A stretch of 34,975 nt of DNA from a bacterium (GCA_963623895.1 CAVFOF010000002.1:1-34975); one strand, 5' to 3'; positions 9,040 through 18,433 are shown, counted from the stretch's first letter. Notes: a model not told the origin generated them from the letters alone. Numbers and translations are program-made.

Positions 9040-9170
9040 TTTTGTTATGCTGTTTTTTTGTTTTTGATATACATATCAGTTGAGCGAGAAAGGTCAGCAC
9101 TTACCATGGCTTCAGACCTCACGGCCTCGTTCTTCATTTTTTCTCTGAGGCACCTTCTCACTTCGGGGTG

Positions 9171-9178
9171 CAAAGTTA
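9171..9178 (-). promoter_or_regulatory. -7 promoter box for rpmH
   Basis: TAACTTTG on the minus strand about 130 bp upstream of the ATG. Confidence 0.6.
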
Positions 9179-9314
9179 GAAAAACTTTTGCTAACGACCA
9201 AGCACCGCATAGCGAAAATGTTGAAAATGGGTGCTTTTCGTCTTTATTCCGTTAGGCGAAGGGGGAAATCCTCACTTGCTAGCTACGATTTATGCTCCTT
9301 TCGGCTTTTCGTGA

Positions 9315-10412
9315 CTACTTGCTTTGTGCGAAGCGTTTGGCTTGTTCGGCTATCAAGTCAGCGTCATCGAAATAGTTGATTTTCATAGCTCGACGCACAT
9401 CGCTCAAGGTATCGGCTGCCACGGCACGGGCTTCTTCGCAACCCTTACGCAACATTTCGTAGACGGCGGGAATGTCCTTTTCAAACTCGGCACGACGTTG
9501 ACGGATAGGCTCTAGCTCTTCTTGCAGAATATTGTTGAGGAATTTCTTCACCTTCATGTCGCCCAAGCCGCCACGGGTGTAGTGCTCCTTCACCTCGTCG
9601 AGGTTCTGATAGTCGGGCCAGTAGAGTCCAAAGTGCTCGGGCTTGCAGAAAGCGTCGAGGTAGGTAAACACGCAGTTACCCTCTAAGTGTCCGGGGTCTT
9701 CCACGTGGATGTGTAGGGGGTCGGTGTACATCGACATCACCTTCTGCTTCACCTCTTTAGCCGACTCGGCTAGGTAGATGCAGTTGCCCAAACTCTTCGA
9801 CATTTTAGCTTTGCCATCCGTGCCAGGTAGGCGGCGGCACACGTTATTGTCGGGAAGGAGGATGTTGGGTTCTACCAACGTTTCGCCATAGATATGGTTG
9901 AAACGGCGCACGATTTCCGTGGCCTGCTCAATCATCGGCTTTTGGTCTTCACCAGCGGGCACGGTCGTAGCTCGGAAGGCGGTGATGTCGGCTGCCTGGC
10001 TGATGGGGTAAGTGAAGAAACCTACGGGGATGCTCGACTCGAAGCCGCGCATGCCAATTTCGGTCTTCACCGTGGGATTACGCTGCAAGCGGCTCACGGT
10101 CACGAGGTCCATGAAATAGAACGAGAGTTCGCAGAGCTCGGGAATTTGGCTTTGGATGAAGATAGTGATTTTCTCGGGATCGAGTCCGCAAGCCAAATAG
10201 TCGAGTGCCACTTCGATTACGTTCTGACGCACCTTCTCGGGGTTGTCGATGTTATCGGTCAAAGCCTGAGCGTCGGCTATGAAGACGAACATTTTCTTAA
10301 AGTCGCCTTGATTTTGAAGTTCAACGCGACGCTTGAGTGAACCTACGTAGTGGCCTATGTGGAGGCGACCAGTGGGGCGGTCGCCAGTGAGGATTACCGT
10401 GTCTTTTGCCAT
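9315..10412 (-). CDS. trpS: Tryptophan--tRNA ligase
   Basis: [13 protein letters not shown] (HIGH), [14 protein letters not shown]. Start at MAKDT; a TATCTTTG box lies at 10433-10440. Confidence 0.97.
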   Translation of the reverse strand: MAKDTVILTGDRPTGRLHIGHYVGSLKRRVELQNQGDFKKMFVFIADAQALTDNIDNPEKVRQNVIEVALDYLACGLDPEKITIFIQSQIPELCELSFYFMDLVTVSRLQRNPTVKTEIGMRGFESSIPVGFFTYPISQAADITAFRATTVPAGEDQKPMIEQATEIVRRFNHIYGETLVEPNILLPDNNVCRRLPGTDGKAKMSKSLGNCIYLAESAKEVKQKVMSMYTDPLHIHVEDPGHLEGNCVFTYLDAFCKPEHFGLYWPDYQNLDEVKEHYTRGGLGDMKVKKFLNNILQEELEPIRQRRAEFEKDIPAVYEMLRKGCEEARAVAADTLSDVRRAMKINYFDDADLIAEQAKRFAQSK

Positions 10413-10551
10413 ATAATAATTGTTTTTGAGCACAAAGATACGGCTTTTTTATAAGTTTGACGTAACTTTGCAACCATATTTGCGCCCTTTGCGCCCACCA
10501 TGAGCCAATTGGGCATTTTTTTTTAAACCGACAACACTCCCCCACTCCCCT

Positions 10552-11286
10552 ATGCAAATTAGAGTTCACAGCTACGAGTCAATGGGCACTTTCGACGGCC
10601 CGGGTCTGCGCTACGTAGTGTTTCTTCAGGGCTGCCCCTTCCGCTGCCTATATTGTGCCAATCCCGACACGATTGACGCCGTAGGCGAAAGCACGCTTAC
10701 CAACCCCGAGCACATCGTGGAGCAAGCCGTATCGTTTAAGCCCTTCTTTGGCAAACGGGGCGGCATCACCTTTTCGGGGGGCGAACCCACCGTGCAGGCG
10801 CAAGCCCTCATTCCTTTATTTAAGCGACTGAAGGAGGAGGGCATCCACATATGTGTGGACTCGAACGGAGCGATATGGAATAAGCATGTGGAGGAACTTT
10901 GGCAACTGACCGATCTCGTGATGCTCGACATCAAGGAGTTTAACAACGAGCGCCACCAGCGCATCACGGGGCATAGCAACGAGCAGCCCCTACGCACGGC
11001 CGCTTATTTCGAAGAGACGAACCACCCCTTTTGGCTTCGCTACGTGCTCGTGCCAGGAGTGAGCAACTTTGAGGAAGACCTGCACGCCATGGGGCAACAC
11101 TTTAAAGATTACAAGAGTTTGGAGCGAGTGGAGATTCTTCCTTACCACACCTTAGGCGTGCATAAGTATGAAGCCTTGGGATGGGAATACAAGCTGAAGG
11201 ACGTGCCCGTCAATACCGACGAACAAAAACAGCAAGCCGAGCGCATCTTAAGAAGCTACTTGGGCGATAAAGTCATTCTAAACTAA
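10552..11286 (+). CDS. pflA: Pyruvate formate-lyase activating enzyme (radical SAM)
   Basis: DGPGLR..VFLQGCPFRCLYCANPDT, GGITFSGGEP, LPYHTLG; TAACTTTG box at 10463-10470. Confidence 0.88.
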   Translation: MQIRVHSYESMGTFDGPGLRYVVFLQGCPFRCLYCANPDTIDAVGESTLTNPEHIVEQAVSFKPFFGKRGGITFSGGEPTVQAQALIPLFKRLKEEGIHICVDSNGAIWNKHVEELWQLTDLVMLDIKEFNNERHQRITGHSNEQPLRTAAYFEETNHPFWLRYVLVPGVSNFEEDLHAMGQHFKDYKSLERVEILPYHTLGVHKYEALGWEYKLKDVPVNTDEQKQQAERILRSYLGDKVILN

Positions 11287-11346
11287 CCGCCCCTCGCTTT
11301 AGGGTGGTTCTATAAATTACCCTTCCCCTTAAAAAATACACAACTT

Positions 11347-11994
11347 ATGAAGTTACCCTCTATTGCCATTATCTCGCCCAACACGCTAGCTGCGATCGGA
11401 TTGGCCGACATTGTGCGACGCATGATGCCGAGAGCGGAGGTATGCTTATTTTCAAGATATGCTGATTTGGCTGATGACGCAGAGGCCGACAGTTTCTTTC
11501 ATTATTTTGTGTCGATTGACGAAGCTTTAATTGGGGCAAACTATTTTTTGCAACGTCAGCATAAAACGATTATACTAGTTCATGGTGACGACGCTATGCG
11601 CTTGCCACAGGGCTTTCACACGCTCAACGTGCTACTTCCCGAAGAAGCACTCATCCGTAGCATCATTTCATTGGCTCAACGTTCTCACTCGGCGCATGGT
11701 CAACAGCCCGAAGCGGTAAAACTGGCACAACAACCAGCGGAGGCTTCCTCTACAGACAAACATGGTGCTGCCCCAACGCCTCACCTCACGCCAAGAGAGA
11801 CGGAGGTATTACGTGGTATTGTAAACGGACTGCTTAACAAGGAGATTGCGGCCACCATGGGGGTTAGCCTGGCTACGGTGATTACTCACCGCAACAATCT
11901 GACAGAAAAACTAGGCACGCGAAGCGTTTCGGCTCTCACCATCTTTGCCATGATGCACGGCATTGTAAGCAGTGAGGAAATGCTGAAACAATAG
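11347..11994 (+). CDS. LuxR-family transcriptional regulator
   Basis: C-terminal HTH LTPRETEVLRGIVNGLLNKEIA...TVITHRNNLTEKL. Confidence 0.88.
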   Translation: MKLPSIAIISPNTLAAIGLADIVRRMMPRAEVCLFSRYADLADDAEADSFFHYFVSIDEALIGANYFLQRQHKTIILVHGDDAMRLPQGFHTLNVLLPEEALIRSIISLAQRSHSAHGQQPEAVKLAQQPAEASSTDKHGAAPTPHLTPRETEVLRGIVNGLLNKEIAATMGVSLATVITHRNNLTEKLGTRSVSALTIFAMMHGIVSSEEMLKQ

Positions 11995-12016
11995 CTTTTC
12001 TACCTACAGATTAATG

Positions 12017-12064
12017 CCACAAAATTGGGGGCGACGCATCCGCACGTCGCCCCCAATTTTGTGG
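12017..12064. repeat. Perfect palindrome made of two fused REP-like ends; probable bidirectional terminator
   Basis: ccacaaaattgggggcgacg-catccgca-cgtcgcccccaattttgtgg has 20-bp perfect arms and sits between convergent genes. Confidence 0.88.
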
Positions 12065-12073
12065 TTGCAATTT

Positions 12074-12388
12074 TTACTTTACATCTTCATAATCGACGTA
12101 TTGGCCTTCATCGCTGCGAAAGATTTTTTCGCCATTCGATGCGCCTTGCCCATTCGACTCGTGATGAGCATTGCCCGCACGGCCCGAGTTGTAGGACTGA
12201 CCGTTGTAATTAGTGCCAGTACTTCTGCTTGATTGAGTATTGGTTTGATTGGAAGTCTTTCCTTTCAGACTATCAGGATTAATGCCCATCATGCGCATAA
12301 TGCAACGGGCAAAAAACATGGGAAAATGCAGGGATATGAAGAATATGAGAATGAGCAGTACGATGATGCATCCAAAAAACATGAGCAT
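12074..12388 (-). CDS. DUF4834-like small membrane-anchored protein
   Basis: Hydrophobic N-terminus, polar linker, C-terminal KIFRSDEGQYVDYEDVK typical of this Bacteroidetes family. Start uncertain. Confidence 0.7.
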   Translation of the reverse strand: MLMFFGCIIVLLILIFFISLHFPMFFARCIMRMMGINPDSLKGKTSNQTNTQSSRSTGTNYNGQSYNSGRAGNAHHESNGQGASNGEKIFRSDEGQYVDYEDVK

Positions 12389-12493
12389 AAGCCGAAAGGA
12401 ATTAAGGGTGTATAAAGGGTGAATAGAATATGACTAGATGGAGGCGCACCTTTTAGACGAGAAAAGAATGTCCCTCTGCGTCAATAGGAATGT

Positions 12494-13255
12494 TTACTTC
12501 CCTTTACTAGCAACCTTCGTGCCAAAGCAATTATTTAGTATGGATATTAAAATATACAATACGATAATGGCAGAAAAGCCAATCCACCCTAACGCTAAGA
12601 GCAACGCTGCACTAAGCACGATAAACGAGTAACGGAGTTTGTTATCGCCCCAAGCAAAACTCTTAAACTTTAATGCAAACATGGGGATTTCGGCCACTAG
12701 CAACCAGCTTGATAACACGATGCCTACAAGGAGCAAAATCACCAACCGAGCATTGCCCGACTGAAGCATATCTCCGTTTGACAAAGCTAGGCTTGCTGCT
12801 CCCCAAAATAAGGCATTGGCTGGAGTGGGCAATCCGATAAAAGAGGTGGTTTGTCGTTCGTCAAGATTAAACTTAGCCAGTCGTAATGCCGAAAAAGCGG
12901 CGATAACAAAGGCCGCATAAGGCAAGAATTGGCTTACAATGGGATGGCTCAATGCGCTAGCCACGGGGCAACAAACTCCCGACGCTGGCTGTAACAATTC
13001 GGAAAGCATAGAGAAAACAATGGCCGAGGGAGCGAACCCAAAGGTAATATCGTCGGCCAAAGAGTCGAGTTCCTTTCCCACGGGCGACGACACGTGCAGC
13101 AAACGAGCGGAAAAGCCGTCGAAGAAATCGAACACGGCACCTATTATAATAAATGCCAAAGCCCAAGCATAGGCTCCCTGAAAGGCAAAATAGGTGGCTA
13201 TGCAACCTGAAACGAGGTTGCAGCTAGTGATGGTATTGGGAATATGCTTCTTCAT
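12494..13255 (-). CDS. pssA: CDP-diacylglycerol--serine O-phosphatidyltransferase
   Basis: IPNTIT, CDP-alcohol motif DFFDGFSARLL...GKELDSLADD, RLAKFN, FIGLPTP; adjacent to psd. Confidence 0.93.
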   Translation of the reverse strand: MKKHIPNTITSCNLVSGCIATYFAFQGAYAWALAFIIIGAVFDFFDGFSARLLHVSSPVGKELDSLADDITFGFAPSAIVFSMLSELLQPASGVCCPVASALSHPIVSQFLPYAAFVIAAFSALRLAKFNLDERQTTSFIGLPTPANALFWGAASLALSNGDMLQSGNARLVILLLVGIVLSSWLLVAEIPMFALKFKSFAWGDNKLRYSFIVLSAALLLALGWIGFSAIIVLYILISILNNCFGTKVASKGK

Positions 13256-13296
13256 CGTCAAAGCTAAAATAAGGGGAACAATGCGACTATTGCGGT

Positions 13297-14007
13297 CTAT
13301 GATTTCTTTTGAACTTCAGGCAATTTCGCTATCACGGTTTGATTACCCGTAGTGGCCTGCCCCATCTTCACCAAAATTTCAGATTGGAGGGGTAAGTAGA
13401 CATCAACACGCGAGCCAAACTTAATGAAGCCCATGTGTTCGTCGAAGTAGCAATCTTCGTTCTCGCGGGCATAGGTCACGATGCGACGAGCCACTGCACC
13501 AGCTATTTGACGCACCAACACCTCCTGTCCGTCAGCGGTTTCTATCACCACTGTCGACCGCTCATTCTCAGTGCTTGCCTTAGGAAGCCAAGCCTTATAG
13601 AAGTTGCCGTTATGGTGAACCACCTTCTTAACTACGCCCTCCACGGGGAACCAGTTAGCATGGACGTTGGTGATTGACATGAAAATCGACACCATGAGTC
13701 GGCGATCGTGAAAGTATTCATTTTCATCCACTTCCTCAATCACTACCACGCGACCATCAGCCGCAGCTAGCACCGTGCGATCCTTATCACCATTGAATAT
13801 GCGGATGGGGCAGCGGAAAAAGTTGACGGCTATGGCATAAAGCACAACGCAGATGCCTGCATATACATAGAAAGGCCAAAGCACGACATCGCGCAGCAAC
13901 CAATAGAGCATAGCACCTACTAGCACTATGCCTATCAAACTGTTACGAAGTATTTTATTACCTTCATTGTGCAAGCGCACATTCTTTATTCTATGGGTTC
14001 TTGCCAT
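13297..14007 (-). CDS. psd: Phosphatidylserine decarboxylase proenzyme
   Basis: [20 protein letters not shown], self-cleavage motif KFGSRVD; TAACTTTG box at 14112-14119. Confidence 0.93.
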   Translation of the reverse strand: MARTHRIKNVRLHNEGNKILRNSLIGIVLVGAMLYWLLRDVVLWPFYVYAGICVVLYAIAVNFFRCPIRIFNGDKDRTVLAAADGRVVVIEEVDENEYFHDRRLMVSIFMSITNVHANWFPVEGVVKKVVHHNGNFYKAWLPKASTENERSTVVIETADGQEVLVRQIAGAVARRIVTYARENEDCYFDEHMGFIKFGSRVDVYLPLQSEILVKMGQATTGNQTVIAKLPEVQKKS

Positions 14008-14322
14008 TCGATTGGGGGCGACTGAGATTTAATAGGAAAGTAAACTCAGACAGTCTTATTATTGTGAATTAGTAATTAGAATTTGTGCGTAAAGCACATA
14101 ATATTGCAGCGCAAAGTTAGCAAAAAAAATGAAAACTGTAGCTTTTTTCCCATAAGTAAGAACGTTTTTTCAACAAACGCATTTTTTGAGCAACGAAAGA
14201 GGAGCTAAACAATTTAGCCTAATCCAACCTTGCACACTATCCCCTTTTTCGCCTTAAGAGCCGAATCAGAATTGCACAAATGTTGCAAAAAATAGCACAA
14301 ATGTTGCATTCTTCCCCTCAGG

Positions 14323-14550
14323 AAGTTTGCTTACACTTTTTGCTGTTGCTTGCACTAACTGCTTGCACTACTGCTGATTATCAGCGATTTCAGAAGTGCA
14401 AGCAGCACTTGCACTTGCTTGCACTGACGTTACACTCATTGCATCTTTGTGTAAGCAAACAAATTTGCTGCTTGCACTCTCGAAATCGCTGATTATCAGT
14501 GGCAGTGCAAGCAGTTTGTGCAAGCAACAGTAAACACTGCAACTAAACTT
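14323..14550. repeat. Long palindromic element, copy A (~85-bp arms; weaker symmetry extends to ~14283-14588)
   Basis: Left arm aagtttgcttacac...tgcttgcactactgctgattatcagcgatttcagaagtgcaagcagca is the imperfect reverse complement of 14466-14550; homologous to 30761-31046. Confidence 0.9.
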
Positions 14551-14673
14551 ACTGGAGTAGGAACGATGCTTACACCCACTATTTTGCAGCCACCATTTCT
14601 CTTTTCTGAAACAAATTCTCAAATGCTTATACCGAAATGTGGAGTATTTTTCACCCCCAAAAGAGCCTTTCTA

Positions 14674-14757
14674 ACTAGTGGCCTAAGCGGAAAAACTAGC
14701 AGCCTAAGCGGACTTACTTAATGGCCTAAAAGAAAAAACTAGCGGCCTAAGCGTAAA
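14674..14757. repeat. Degenerate ~21-bp tandem array, 4 units
   Basis: actagtggcctaagcggaaaa / actagcagcctaagcggactt / acttaatggcctaaaagaaaaa / actagcggcctaagcgtaaa. Confidence 0.8.
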
Positions 14758-14878
14758 ACTGTATTAGGCTGGTTGAAAAACGGATTTGACGGCCGAGAAG
14801 GAAATAAAGAATTCAAGTTCTAATTTTGTGATCGTTTTGTGGTTATTTCTTCTAGTTTCCTCTAGATTAGAAATTTCA

Positions 14879-15658
14879 CTAATGTATCCAATCCTTCGAC
14901 AAAACGCTTTCGAGCTCTTCGGCCGAAAGACGTAGTCGGAAGTTGCCATTCTCAGCAATAGAGATGCCGCCAGTTTCTTCGGAAACAACTACGGCTATGC
15001 AATCGCTCTTTTGCGAAATGCCCAAGGCTGCACGATGGCGAAGGCCAAGGGATTTGGGAATATCCGTGTCGTGAGAAATGGGAAGAATGCAACCAGCCGC
15101 CTTAATGCGTTGGTGGGAAATAATCATGGCACCATCGTGAAGGGGGCTGTTTTTGAAGAATATATTCTCAATGAGGCGTTGCGTGATGTTGGCATTGATT
15201 TGGTCGCCCGTGGTGACATATTCGTTGAGCCCTACGTAACGCTCTATAATAATGAGTGCGCCCACCTTTTGCTTCGACATGCTCATGCAGGCCATGACGA
15301 TGGGCATAATCTCTTCGTGGCGCACGGTATCTTCTCCTTCTTTTTTATTTTTAAATCGCAGCAATCGCTTCAAGAAATGGATACTTGGGCGCGAACCGAT
15401 GGTGCTAAAAAAGTGGCGGATTTCTTCTTGAAACAACACAATCAGCGCGAGCGAACCCACATTGACCACCTTGTCGAGAATGCTGCCCAACAAGCGCATC
15501 TCAAAAATCTGAGACACAAATATCCAACCCACGATGAAGACCATAATACCACCAAAGATATTGGCGGAGCTCGACTCCTTCATCAGTCGGTAGATGTAGT
15601 AAAGAAGAAAGGTTACCGAGAGGATGTCGATAATGTCCTTAATGCCAAAACTAAACAT
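14879..15658 (-). CDS. cdaA: Diadenylate cyclase (CdaA/DacA, c-di-AMP synthase)
   Basis: Three N-terminal TMs, FQEEIR, catalytic PLHDGA and GLRHRAA motifs, VVSEETG. Confidence 0.93.
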   Translation of the reverse strand: MFSFGIKDIIDILSVTFLLYYIYRLMKESSSANIFGGIMVFIVGWIFVSQIFEMRLLGSILDKVVNVGSLALIVLFQEEIRHFFSTIGSRPSIHFLKRLLRFKNKKEGEDTVRHEEIMPIVMACMSMSKQKVGALIIIERYVGLNEYVTTGDQINANITQRLIENIFFKNSPLHDGAMIISHQRIKAAGCILPISHDTDIPKSLGLRHRAALGISQKSDCIAVVVSEETGGISIAENGNFRLRLSAEELESVLSKDWIH

Positions 15659-15682
15659 AGGGGGAGGAAATGGGGAAGTAGT

Positions 15683-16519
15683 TTAGAGGGTGGAGAGAGT
15701 TTTCAAGTAGATTTGCTTAGCCTCAACGGCTTGTTTCACATCGTGTACCCGCAAGATGTGAGCCCCCTTGAGCAGAGCCATCGTGTGGAGCACGGTGGTG
15801 CCGTTGAGCGAGGACTGAGGCGTGCCACCTAGCAATTTGTAAATCATCGACTTGCGCGAAATGCCTACCAACACGGGCATATGGAAAGCATGGAAATCTT
15901 CGAGATGAGCCATGAGTTCGTAATTATGTTCGAGCGTTTTGCCAAAGCCAAATCCGGGGTCGACGATGATGTCCTTTGCCCCCATTTGGCACAAGCGGTC
16001 GATACGTTCGGCAAAATAGCACATCACCTCTTGGCGCAAGTTGTCGTAATGAGGGGCTTGCTGCATGGTGTCGGGCGTGCCCTGCATGTGCATCAAGATG
16101 TAAGGCACGCCAAGCTGAGCCACCGTCTTAAACATGCGACGATCCATCATTCCGCCCGCAATATCGTTGATGATATCGGCCCCTTCCTCTTCCACACAGC
16201 AGCGAGCCACGTCGGCACGAAAAGTGTCAACCGAAACAGGCACGTCGGGATAGAGTTTGCGCACGATGCGCAGCCCCCGGCGCAAGCGGCTCATCTCCTC
16301 CTCGGGAGACACGTCGTCGGCCCCAGGACGTGAGGAGTAACCGCCAATGTCTATCATGTCGGCTCCTTCCTCCATGAGTTGGGTGACGCGAGTGGCAATC
16401 TGCTCCTCATCGGGAGTGCGGCTGTCGGAATAAAAGGAATCGGGCGTTACGTTGAGTATGCCCATTATTTGAGGTTCGCGCAGTTCGTAAAGACGCCCGC
16501 GCAAATTGAGTGTATGCAT
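15683..16519 (-). CDS. folP: Dihydropteroate synthase
   Basis: IMGILNVTPDSF, DIGGYSSRPG, DPGFGFGK, SRKS, LRVHDV. Start at MHTLNL; TAAGTTTG box at 16538-16545. Confidence 0.96.
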   Translation of the reverse strand: MHTLNLRGRLYELREPQIMGILNVTPDSFYSDSRTPDEEQIATRVTQLMEEGADMIDIGGYSSRPGADDVSPEEEMSRLRRGLRIVRKLYPDVPVSVDTFRADVARCCVEEEGADIINDIAGGMMDRRMFKTVAQLGVPYILMHMQGTPDTMQQAPHYDNLRQEVMCYFAERIDRLCQMGAKDIIVDPGFGFGKTLEHNYELMAHLEDFHAFHMPVLVGISRKSMIYKLLGGTPQSSLNGTTVLHTMALLKGAHILRVHDVKQAVEAKQIYLKTLSTL

Positions 16520-16628
16520 AGTTCGTAAATTTGGGGGCAAACTTACAAATTTCTTTTTATTCCCTCTTCCTTTCAAAACTTTTTATGTAAGTTTGCTCGG
16601 CTTTAGAACAAGAAAAAGTACACAAACA

Positions 16629-17927
16629 ATGACTATCCCTGAATTATACAACCTCTTTATAAAACACCCCGTCATCACCACCGACACACGTGAATGTCCC
16701 CCCTCCTCCTTATTCTTCGCCCTTCGGGGAACTTCGTTCAACGGCAATGAGTTTGCCCTACAAGCCCTCGAGAAGGGCTGCGCCTATGCCGTGGTTGACG
16801 ACGATAAGCTCGAGGCGGACGAACGACTCATCCACGTGAGCGACGTGCTGGCCACGCTGCAAGATTTAGCCACATATCATCGGCATCAGCTAGGCACGCC
16901 CATCGTGCAGATAACTGGCACGAACGGCAAAACTACGACTAAGGAACTCACCTCGGCCGTGCTGAGCCAAAAGTGGAACGTGCTCTACACGCAAGGCAAC
17001 TTCAACAACCACATCGGTGTGCCCAAGACCTTGCTACGCTTGCGCAAGGAGCACGAAATAGCCGTGGTAGAAACTGGGGCAAACCACCCTGGCGAAATTG
17101 CCCAACTTTCAAAGATTGTTGACGCCAACTGCGGACTGATTACCAACGTGGGACGCGCCCACTTGGAGGGGTTTGGCTCGTTTGAGGGCGTAATCCACAC
17201 CAAAGGCGAACTCTACGACTATTTGCGCCAAAAGCCTAACGCATTTATCTTCCGCGACGGCGACAACCAGCACCTCGCCCCCATTGCCGAAGGGCTCAGC
17301 AGCGTGCTTTATGGAAAACCAGGGCAAGGCTACGACGTGGAGGGCGAAGTGGTGGTATGCAACCCGTATTTGAAATTCCGCTTCCGCCTGAAAGGAGAAG
17401 AAGAATGGCACGAGGTGCAAACGCAACTCATCGGTGCCTACAACGTGACGAACGCCTTAGCCGCTATCGCCGTGGGACATCGCTTCGGCGTGACCGTTGA
17501 GCAGGCTAAACAAGCCATCGAGCAGTATGCACCCACCAACAACCGCAGCGAACTAGTTAAAACGGCTCACAACCAGCTGATAGTGGATGCCTACAATGCC
17601 AACCCCACTAGCATGAAGGCGGCTCTCGACAACTTTGCACAAATACGCTCAGAGCACAAAATGTGCATTCTAGGCGAAATGCGTGAATTGGGCGAAGCCT
17701 CAGCCGCCGAACATCAAAAGGTAGCCAACGAAGCCAAGGCTTTACACTGCGAAGCGGTGTGGCTAGTGGGTAAGGAATTCGAACCTTACGCCGATGGGGC
17801 ACGATGGTTTGCCAACGTAGAAGAAGTGAAAGCTGCACTTGCCTCTGAAGGGCAACCTAACGACCGACTCATACTAGTGAAGGGATCAAACGGTACGAAA
17901 CTCTTCCAACTACCCGAATTGCTCTAG
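16629..17927 (+). CDS. murF: UDP-MurNAc-tripeptide--D-Ala-D-Ala ligase
   Basis: ITGTNGKTTTKE, NFNNHIGVP, DAYNANPTSM, LGEMRELG, VKGS. Start at MTIPE; TAAGTTTG box at 16588-16595. Confidence 0.96.
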   Translation: MTIPELYNLFIKHPVITTDTRECPPSSLFFALRGTSFNGNEFALQALEKGCAYAVVDDDKLEADERLIHVSDVLATLQDLATYHRHQLGTPIVQITGTNGKTTTKELTSAVLSQKWNVLYTQGNFNNHIGVPKTLLRLRKEHEIAVVETGANHPGEIAQLSKIVDANCGLITNVGRAHLEGFGSFEGVIHTKGELYDYLRQKPNAFIFRDGDNQHLAPIAEGLSSVLYGKPGQGYDVEGEVVVCNPYLKFRFRLKGEEEWHEVQTQLIGAYNVTNALAAIAVGHRFGVTVEQAKQAIEQYAPTNNRSELVKTAHNQLIVDAYNANPTSMKAALDNFAQIRSEHKMCILGEMRELGEASAAEHQKVANEAKALHCEAVWLVGKEFEPYADGARWFANVEEVKAALASEGQPNDRLILVKGSNGTKLFQLPELL

Positions 17928-17967
17928 CCCGCATCTGATTTTACACCTTAAATATATATAGCATCGT

Positions 17968-18333
17968 ATGAACTTTATCAAACGTCTTATATTCGCCATT
18001 CACTCCGTGTTCCACTCCACACAGATGGGTTGGGTCACTATCTTTTTAGCCCTGTTCTACTTCTGCGTGGCTCAGGACTTGTTTTGGAACGGCAATGAGA
18101 AATGGACGCAGCCCTCTTACGCCATATTGTTTAACATTCCTCTCTTTGCTTACATCGCCGACATTGTGGTGGTTTTCGTTTACAACTTTATGAAAAAGAA
18201 AGTGGAACAACGCACCACCGAACTGTCGAAAAAGCTAGAAGAGGCTACAACCGACGCTTCTGCCTCGAAGGAAGAAAGTGGCAAAGAGGAAGCCGAGAAA
18301 AACAACGAAACGGAATCGGCTGAACAGCACTAA
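17968..18333 (+). CDS. Hypothetical 2-TM membrane protein with charged tail
   Basis: 121-aa ORF following murF with an AT-rich start context and two hydrophobic segments. Confidence 0.65.
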   Translation: MNFIKRLIFAIHSVFHSTQMGWVTIFLALFYFCVAQDLFWNGNEKWTQPSYAILFNIPLFAYIADIVVVFVYNFMKKKVEQRTTELSKKLEEATTDASASKEESGKEEAEKNNETESAEQH

Positions 18334-18364
18334 GCCTTATCTTCACAAAAACGAAGAAAAAAAG

Positions 18365-18407
18365 AAATGCTTGAATGCGGGGAGCGACTCTCTGCATTCA
18401 AGCATTT
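18365..18407. terminator. Bidirectional hairpin
   Basis: aaatgcttgaatgcggggag-cga-ctctctgcattcaagcattt. Confidence 0.78.
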
Positions 18408-18433
18408 TCCATGTGTAAAAGTTGACAAGGTTG

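Noticed and set aside
9140..9172. ggggtgc and ctgag motifs suggesting a TPP riboswitch
   Set aside because: Wrong order and strand, the other TPP core motifs are missing, and ggggtgcaaag is the reverse complement of the rpmH promoter.
8971..9255. 94-aa plus-strand ORF
   Set aside because: Overlaps the genuine rpmH gene and its leader on the opposite strand.
14011..14022. attgggggcgac, a 12-bp match to the REP end just upstream of psd
   Set aside because: Too short and has no hairpin, so it cannot be distinguished from chance.
14280..14492. ORF similar to the ORF at 30821-31144 (DYQ.FQKCKQH.HLLAL), suggesting a small Cys-rich protein family
   Set aside because: The similarity is explained by the shared palindromic DNA. 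Starts and stops differ between copies, and the Cys/Leu/Lys bias comes from the TGCTTGCAC motifs.
14674..14757. 21-bp array as a CRISPR or plasmid iteron origin
   Set aside because: No unique spacers, degenerate units, and no rep gene; the context is core chromosome.
15011..15832. 273-aa plus-strand ORF
   Set aside because: Antisense shadow of cdaA/folP with no recognisable motifs; the same applies to the many other antisense ORFs in the track.
16528..16545. aaatttgggggcaaac as another REP copy
   Set aside because: Lacks the GACGCG hairpin; better explained as the folP promoter (TAAGTTTGCCCCC) on the minus strand.
16506..16628. N-terminal extensions in the ORF track (murF, folP, glsB, PASTA, APC1, trpS)
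   Set aside because: Most run through -7 promoter boxes or neighbouring genes, and all lack family similarity, so downstream ATGs were chosen.
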